NCBI GenBank assembly: GCA_022072055.1
Contig: JAJVIK010000008.1
Location: 40,111-104,110 of the forward strand
Reading direction: 5' to 3'
DNA length: 64,000 nucleotides
Origin: a bacterium
GTDB lineage: Bacteria; Hinthialibacterota; Hinthialibacteria; OLB16
Part shown: positions 28,701 through 37,700 of the stretch, piece by piece
Position numbering within the stretch: position 1 is the stretch's first letter
How the letters are laid out: every line of letters starts with the position of its first letter
Translations under genes and position numbers: made by a program
Notes under the pieces: generated by a model
Told to the model about the DNA's origin: nothing
Seen by the model: only the letters and a program-made list of their open reading frames with translations
Database searches by the model: none

Positions 28701-31700
28701 GGGGCCGGAGCGCTGGTCGCGGAAGATCTCCCAGACCGAGATCGCGATGTTGTCGCCGGTGGGTCGGACCGGGCCGCCGCCGACCGGAACGCTCGGGATA
28801 TCCCACGAAAGCAGGATGCCGTCATCCGGCTCGCCGGCCCGGACGCGCAGGTTGGTGACCGGGTACGGATCCACCAGGTCATTCGGGGCCGCCGCGACAA
28901 TATTCGAGATGTTCCCGGCGAGACCCACGGCAAACGGCTCGCAGGCGTCATTGGTGGCGAGCGAGTTGCCGGACCAGCCGTTTCCAGCCTGGTCAAAGGC
29001 CACGATGAAGTAGGCGTAGGTCCCCTCGGGCGGGACGCTGGTGTCAAGGAACTCGGTGATCGGCTGACCGTTGCCGTCGTAGGCGCAGATCACGCCGATC
29101 AGGTCGAAGTCGGTGAACGGATTGGCGTCGAGAACATCATCCACCGTGGTTCGGGTGCGGTAGATCTCGTAGCCGATTGTTCCCACGTTATCGATGGGGA
29201 TGTACTCCCAATCGAGGCGGACATCGGGGGTGCCGAAGAGCGCCTGGGCGGTGATGATCGTCCTAGTCGGCGGGATCACGTCCAGATTGATCAGCGGCCC
29301 GAAGACCGGATCGAGGCTGTTCCCGGCGTGGTCGCGGGTGATGGTTTTCAAGTAGAAGTAGTCATCCGAGCCGGGCGTGGTCGCGGGCAGGGAGGACACA
29401 TCCCACACAAAGGTCCCGGTGGCGCAGCGAAGCGCGCTGGCCTTGGAGAGCGGGATATAGCCGCCTCCGGTCACGTCCACTATCTCGGTGGCCACATCGA
29501 TGAAGTTGCTGAAAGCAAGGAGGGCCGGGGTGGCATCCGCCGGACCCGTCGCATAGTACAGCTCCACGCTGGCCACGCCGGAGGGCGAGAAGTCGATATC
29601 CGGCTCAATGCCCGGATTGAACTCGTCGCAGGAGGTCGCTTGCGGAATGACCGGGAAGGCCAGGGTGCCGCCCAGGATGTTGGGGAGTTCGGCCAGAGTG
29701 CCGGGGAAGGCGGTGTTGAAGGCCTCGTCCCAGGCGTCCATGTTGAACATCTCGTTGCCGGTCCACACCAACGGGTTGGTGTAGGACCACAGCAAGCCGC
29801 CGCCGGTGCCGTTGGCGATGATATCCTCGGCCGGGTAATACGGGTCGGGGTCATCGGCCAGCGGAGTCTGGTTGTCGATGATGAAGCGATCGAGAAGGAC
29901 CACGGTGGTGGCGTTGGCGCAGTTGTCGGTGGCGCTCACGACGAAGTCGATGTAGGCGCTGCCGGTGGCGGGCAGGGTGAGGTTGGCGGGCGCGAAGCTC
30001 GCGGTTCCGGTCACCACGCCATTAACCGCGGGGGCGAGACTGAGCGTGAAGGTGGCGTCCGTGGCCGAGCCACCCAGCACGCTGAACAGACCGGTGAGCG
30101 TGGGCGGATCGGTGGTGACATTCAGGCCCGTGCCGAAGTCCTCAAAGCGGACGGTAAGATCCACCGTGGCCGCCGAACCGCTTGTGGCGGCGAACGGCAG
30201 CGAGGCCAAGTACGGCACGCGCGGCGCGCGGATATCCACGGTGAAAGTGATCCCACGGATCAACATGCCGGTGGCCGATTCGACATTCGGAGTCGGAACG
30301 GCGCCGTCATAGGCTTGCGAGATCACGCGAATCTGGCCTTCGCCGTCAGGCAGAATCTGGCGCAGCGTGGCCTCGGTGATCGTGGCGCAGGCGATGGCCG
30401 CCGAGGTCGGCAGGACACTGGTGTCGGGGAAGGTCAGCAAACCACGCCGGACCAAGCCGGTGGTGATGTCGGTGGCGGTGTTCACCAAGAGCGCGCTGGC
30501 GGGTCCGACTTCCACGTCGTAGGCGAACAGATCCACCCGCGACATTGGGCAGGGGGCCGTGTCGGTCACCGCCGCCGCGAGCTTGTAGGGCAAGTCGTTC
30601 AGGCAGATGGTGCAGTCATACAGGGCCGGGGCGGCCGCGACCGCGCAGACCGTGGCGCCATCCGGAATGAAGAAGGTGTTGAGCTCAAAACCCGCGTTAA
30701 AGGCGGCCTGCTCAAAGGTGGTGGCCACCTCCCGAATCACGTTGCCCATCGGCTCGATTCGACCATGGAACAGGCGGGTCCCGCTGAAGCCCATGCCGAC
30801 CGTGCGGAAGGAGGGGAGGCCGGGCGTAATGAAGTTGGTTCCGCCGGGGAAGGATTCGAAGAACCGATCCCTCGGCGGCGGCGCTCCGGCGGGATCAAAC
30901 CGTTCGGCGAAGAAGGTTCGTCCGAAGGCCCCCGAGCCGACCGCGACCACCTCAAGCTCCGCGCCCGGCAGCGGGAAGAAGGCGGGCTGAGCGCCGAGAT
31001 ACGCGCCGGTGGCCGCATCCAGCACATAGAGCTGGTCATCGCTGGCCTGCTCGTTGATGTACAGCCGGCCGCCCTCCGCGCCCATTCCGGCCACCACGGT
31101 CACGCTCGCGGGCAGAGTTAATGTGGCGGTGAGAACGATGGAACCCGGAACGCTGACGTCATAGACAAAGATGGTGTTCGCTCCGGAGGCGGAATTGGTG
31201 TCGCCGTAATAGAGCCTGTCGTTGTCATAACCAAGCGCGCAGCCGGTGGCCGAGGAGATCTCCGCCGGGAGCATCAGGCTTCCCACGACCTCCGTGTTCA
31301 AGAGGTCGCTGTGGTCCGGATCGATCTCATACAGGATGGTGCGCGAGACCGAGGCGATCTCGGTGACCGCCGCGATGAACAGGCGCGAGCAGATCGGCTG
31401 GGATTTCGGTTCAAGCGGGTCGTAGTAGAAGGTTTCGGGTGGGGAGCCGCCGAACTCGGAGTTCACGTTGGCCAGATTGATGGCGCAATCCCCCGCGGAG
31501 ACATCGATGCCGAACCAGCCTGGCTGAAGGCCAATGGCGACCGGATCGACGAGCGACGCGAGAAGGATGCCCCCCTGGTTCGGACGATCCGGCAGGGTCC
31601 CCGTGACCGATCCGATCAGCGCGCCATTCTGGTAAATCGAGGCCGCGTAAGTGCAGATCCCGGAGTCAATCCGGTAGCCCATCAGACCCGCGTCATTGGC

Positions 31701-34700
31701 GGTGAACAGGACGCCGAATAGACCATGGAAACACTCCCCGACATACGAGTTGAAGGTGAACGGATCCACCACATTGAACAGCGCCACGGCCGGATAGGTC
31801 CGGTCGATGGCATACAGGCGATTGTCCGAGGGGCCGCGAGTGATCCCATTGCAGCCGCCGAAGGCCTTGGCGCTCACCCCAAACGGGTCGCCATCACCGC
31901 AGAACGTGGCGCTGATGGGAACGTTATACGCCCACGCTCCGGAGGCATCCAAGGGGAGTCCGACCACCTGGATGGAGGTTCCCTGGAACGCGAAAGAGGG
32001 GCCGATATCGAAGGTGTCGTTAAAGATCTCCCAGTGCGACTGATCGGAGACCGAGGCCTGTGTCGGCGCGCCGGGAAGACCCGAAAGGTTGGTTTGCGCG
32101 CGCTCAAGACCATTGGTCTGGACGCCGCCGGGGACATCCCCATAGCCGGAGATGTCTTGTCCGACCACGCCGGAGTTGATGCCCACCGCGCAGTCGAAGT
32201 AGGTCACGGCATTGGTGGAGACATAATCGAGCGCGACCGCGCCGGTGTTGTAGAGCGTGATGCTGAAGGTGTTCGTGCCGAGCGTGGAGTCATCCGGGAC
32301 TGTGTCGTAGTCGATGATGAAGCGGTCGTCGTACTGACGATAGGTTGTGGTTCCACCGCTTGCTCCGGAGCCGTCGATCCGGCTCCAAAGCCCCATGATC
32401 TTGGGTGTCACCGCGTTGACCAGGGCCTGGGTCGGGACACCCGTGGAGATCGTTCCGGTTCCAAACTCGACCAGACCGCGCGCGGAGATGAACACCGAGT
32501 TCCAGCAACGGCCATAGAAGGGGAACTCGAAGCCGTTGGTGAACGGAACCTCCACGATGCTGCTGGCGTTGTGGATCATCGGGTTGAAGACATCCACCGG
32601 CGAAACCGCAGCCTCGGTGGTGGCGTCAAGCGGGGGAAGCACACTCCCACCCGGTCCGGGGTACCACAGGTCCACGCTGTCCGCGGTGGTAACCCCATCG
32701 GCGCGCAGGAAGACCACGGTTTCGTCGGTCAAGTCGTGGATCACGCTGTAGGCCTCGAACAATCCGTTGAAGACCATGTCGAATGGCCCGCCGGTGTTGA
32801 TGTCCGGCTGAATCGCGGGCGCGCCGCCGCCGGGGGAGACGCCCACGAGGAAGCCGGTCAAAGTCAGATTGCCATATTCAATGACGATGGCGCCGTTCAC
32901 ATAAAGGGTCGCGGTGGCGCTGTTGGCCCCGAAGCTAAAGAACTCTGGAACGGATTCATAACGCACAACTGCCGCGCCCGAATACAAGTCCACGGAGACA
33001 GTCCCACCGGCGCCGGGGTTGAGGTCATCCCAGAACAAGGCAATGCGTGGGAGGCCATCCTCAAACTCCACCGGCGTTTCGCTGAAATCAGCGTCTCCGC
33101 CGCCGAAGGTGATGTACCCGTTGGACCCGACATACATGTCGGAATAGGTCCCGGAGTAGAACGGGAAGTTGAACGGCAGGTTGACCTGCGTGAAGGTATC
33201 ATCACTGAGCGACAAGGCTGATGTGGAGATAAACGCGCCCAGGCTTCCCGGAACCGCCGCCGCGCCGGTGGCGTAGATCACGGATCCCGCCAACCCGGTG
33301 ATGTCCACATCGCCGTTCACGATGGCTTCGTCGTGGTCCGCGATCTGAACGGGCGGGCCATTGAGATCCACGGTCACCTGGATCGCGTCGCACTGGGTCC
33401 CGTTGCCGACTTGGTCGGTGGCAAAGGCGATAATGTCATAGACGCCATCGCCAAGCGCGGCGAAATTGACCGAGAAGGCCACGGTTTCCACCATCGCGGA
33501 CACGGCCGAAGTGCCGGAAGCGACCACACCGCCGCCGAGGTTGCGGACTTCATAGCCGACCTGGCCCGGGCAACCGCCGGTGTCCGTGGTGGTGATGATG
33601 ATGTCGGTCGCGCCGAGAACGGTGTTGGCGTAGCTGATGCACGCGCCATCCGAGGGCGCGAGAAGGGCGCACTCCGGCACGGTCGGATCCAGGACATAGA
33701 TCTCCGGAACGGCGCCGGGGTAGGTTTCGGTGACATTCGCCACATCCCGCGCGCAGTCGCGCACGACCATATTCAGGCCGAAGGGAACCAGCGAGACGAC
33801 GTTCAGGGTCACATTGCTGACAGTGGCGCTGTAGAACAGGGGACCATCATCGGGACCCCAAGGGAGGATGTCGGAGAGCGGCATCACCCCCACATAAATG
33901 TCCTCGGGGCCGATCGCGGCGACCTGCACTCCGCCCTGCCACACCTCCAGCTCCACATCGCAGATCCCGGAGTCGATCCGCCAGCCGGGAACTCCCACAT
34001 CGCTCAGGATGCCGTCGAGCTCCAGGGTCAGGTCGGAGCACCCTCCTGGAGTGACGTCCACATTCATGGTGACCGTCGGGTCGGTGACATCAAGGACATA
34101 CACCTTGTTGGTCGCGGGGCCGCGGGTGTTGGCCGTGCAGCCGCCGAATCCGAGCGCGCAAACGCTGAACGGATCGCCATCCGAACAGAAGGTCGGGCTG
34201 ATGACCAGGTTGGCCGACCAAGCGCCGGTGATCGGGTTAAAGGACCCCGGCGCGGTGAAGATCGTGCTACCCTGGAAGCCGATGACCGGGGTGACATCCA
34301 GGACGTTGGTGGCGTTGAAGACCTCATACTGGACCTTGTCGAGAACCGCGAACTGAGTGGCGGCGCCGGGAAGGCCGGAGATATCGATCGGATTCCTCAG
34401 CACCCCGTTGGTTACCAGCGGGATGGACTCATACCCATCCACCGGCTGGCCGGAAACGCCCCCAGCGACGCCGATGCCCACATTCGTGTCGGCGGCGGTG
34501 GAGAAATAGGTGATTGTGCCGTACTCGAATTGGACCGCGCCGGTGTTGTAGAGGGTGATGGTGATGTCGTTGATGTTCCCCGGCGCCCCGAGTGTTTCGG
34601 GAACGCTGTCGTAGATGACCTGGAAGCGATCATCAAACTGGCGATAGAAGGTTCCGCCGCCGAGGTGCCCGCCGATATCGGCGAAGAAGCCCATCACCTT

Positions 34701-37700
34701 GGGGGTCGGGCCGTTGACATTGGCGGGAGTGGGGGCGAAGACGCTGAGCGCGGCGGTGGTGTTCTGGCCGAACTCGAGAAACCCGTGGTTGCTGACCACC
34801 ACGGAGTTCCAGCACTTGCCGAAGAAGGGGAACTCAAAACCGTTGGTGAAGGCGATTTCGATCCCTTGATCCGGTCCGCCGAGCGGATTGAATCCGACCG
34901 AAACCGGAGCCACGGCCGCTTCGACAGCCGGGGGCAGCGGGGGCAGCACATCGCCGTTGGGGCCCGGGTACCCGATGAGAACCGAGGTCGCGCCGGAGGT
35001 CCCAACCAGGTCGTTCTGTGGGAGGAAGGCAATCGACAGGTTGTCCAGATCGGCGGGGTTGCCGAGCGTCGTGAAGATTTCATAGCTGCCGGTGGCGCTC
35101 ATGGTGACCGGGCTGGCGGCGCTGATGTCCACCGCGCTCACCGGACCCCCGAAGCCGGGGGCCACTCCGGCAAGGCCATCCGTGCTGTTCATCCCCTCGT
35201 ACTCGAACAGGATCGCGCCGGTGGAATACAGGGTCACTCGGAAGGTGTTCTGGTCCATGATCCCAAACTGCGGGACATTGATCCAGCGGATGATGAGCCT
35301 ATCGGCTTGTTGTTCGGAGGTGATGGAGCCCGCCGCGGCCGGGTTGAAGTCGTCCCAGAAGGGCGCGATGCGCGGAACTCCGTTGGTGAACTCCGCCACG
35401 GACTCGGTCGGGTCGGGGTCGCCGTTCTGGAAGGTCAGGTTGCCGTTCGAGTTGACCCACACGCTGTCATAGAGCACGCCGAAGAACGGGAAGGCGAACG
35501 AGCCGCTGAAGTTGACCTCGACCGAATCGTCATCCCCCGGCGTGAGGGCCGACTGACCGGCCGGAGTCCCCGGTCCCGGAAGCCCGGAGCTCCCGGAGGA
35601 GAAGGTCGGGACCGTGGAGAAGCCGTTGACCGAGAGGTTGTCGTTCACAATCGCTCGGAACGGATTGTTGATGGTGGTGAGCGGGCCGGTGGTGCGAACC
35701 GTGAAGGTGATCTGGTCGCACTGGCCGCCGTTGCCGACTTCGTCCGTGGCCTGGGAGATGAGGGTGTAGGTTCCATCGCCCAATCCGACCACGTTTTCGC
35801 TGAAGGTGAAGGTCGCGCTGGTCCCGGAAACGCCGACCGTGGCTGAGGCCACCACCGCGTTCAGGCTGTTGAGGATCCGGTAGCCGATCGCCGCGAGGCC
35901 GGAGCCGAGATCGGTGGCCGAGATGGTGATGTCGGTGGCCCCGAGCACGGTGTTATCGAAGCTGAAGCAGACTCCATCCTCGGGGGCATCGATCGAACAG
36001 GTCGGGGCGGTGAGGTCCACGATGACCTCGAAGGTCACGCAGCAGATGTTGGCGGTTCCGGTGGCGCCATCCACCAGGCAGACATTGATGTCGGACACAT
36101 CTCCATCCCCGAGGCCGTAGGCCGTCGGGTCGAAAGGCGAATTGATCGGAGTGCTCCCGAGCGCGGGCGGATCGGAGGTGAAGAGAACATCCGTGGCTCC
36201 GGTCAGCAAGGCCGTGGCGTTGGCGGCGGTCACCCCCGTGTCGAAGGATGAGGAGGCGTCGTCATCCCCCAAGGTCGCGGAAAGAACCAATCCGGCGGCC
36301 CCCACAAAGACACTGGAGCCCGCGGTCGGGAATCCGAGAACCGCGCACGAGGAAGTGTCGTCCACAAAATAGTTTTCGGTGTCGCTGCCCTGCAGGTTGG
36401 CGGCATCCACCGCGTAAGCGGTAACCGAAAAAATCTCGTCATCCGAAAGCAGCGGATCGACCGGGATCACGGCGCTCCAATTCACATTGAACGCGCCGGG
36501 GTTGTCCACGGTCGCCACCACGACCGAGGTTCCGCTGTCGGTGGTGTATTCCACGGTCACCGCCTGAACCCCGGAGCCGAGGTCGGAGGCGGTCCCCGAA
36601 AGCAGGAAGCTCACGTTCACTCCCACATTGGGCGGAAGCGGGCTGGTGATGTCCACCACGGGCGGAACGGTGTCCACTCGGACCACGACGGAATCGCAGA
36701 CCGTGGCGTTCCCGACCGTGTCCGTGGAGCTCATGATCAAGGTGTACAAGCCATCCGCGCCCGGATTGACCAAACCGGTGACCTGGGTCACCCCGCAGAT
36801 GGTGGTCACTCCGACCACTTCCACGCAGGATTCCAGGACACCCGCCGCGCCCACATCCGTGGCTTGGCCGATAATCGAGATGGCGGTGACCACATCCCCG
36901 GAGGCGGGAGAGATCAGGCTGCAAATCGGCGGCTCATAGTCCGCGGTGACCGTGGCCGAGGCCCCGAAACACTCGTTACCCACGTCAACCGCCCCGTCTC
37001 GAGCCTCGATCGTGATAATCGATGTTTCCCCGTGGTTCAGATTGAAGTCCAGGGTGGGGAGGATATGGATACCACCCAAGGCGGGCGGAGGACCGGATGT
37101 GTAAACCTCAGTCGCCCCGTTCAATAGAGCGGTCAAAGTGACTTGGTTGATCCCGGCGTTGCAGGCCCCGAGGAAATCATCATCGTCGGCGGAAACGATG
37201 AAGGCGCCGCCCCCGGGACCGAAAACCGAGGGCGCGCTGATGAAGGCGATCGGGCACAAGTTGTCCACGCAGAAGCAGGATGTGGCGACTCCGACCAGGC
37301 CACAGTCATCCAGCGCCTCCACGGTCACGTACAAAATTTCATCGTCCGCGAAGAGCGGATCCACCGGAACAACGCCGGTCCAAGCCGAGGTTCCCGAGGC
37401 CAGAACAAAACCGGACCCCGTGCTGGTGGAATAGTTGACCGTCACGCTCACGATGGTGGCGTTGGCGTCCACTGCGGTTCCCGACAGGGCGAACTGGACG
37501 TTCACGGGCGTGTTCTTGGTGGGAGAGTCCACCGTCACCGTGGCGGGAGTGTTATCGATCCGAATGGTGAAATCGGGCCCCGCGCCCGGGTCTCCGGATC
37601 CGGTTTCCAGGCTGTTGCCGTTATAGTCGGCGGCGGTCGCGGAGTAAGTGTACAGCCCATCCGGCAAGGTGGTTGTGTCGAACGAGACTTGAGCCGTTCC

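Noticed and set aside
27492-31121. 1209 aa plus-strand ORF (and similar long plus-strand ORFs at 24189..25712, 25929..27467, 31725..33221, 33333..35846, 37143..38279)
   Set aside because: All lie antisense to the giant minus-strand gene. Translations are Arg/Gly/Asp-rich low-complexity sequences typical of shadow ORFs in high-GC DNA. The minus-strand frame has coherent domain structure, a signal peptide and an RBS.
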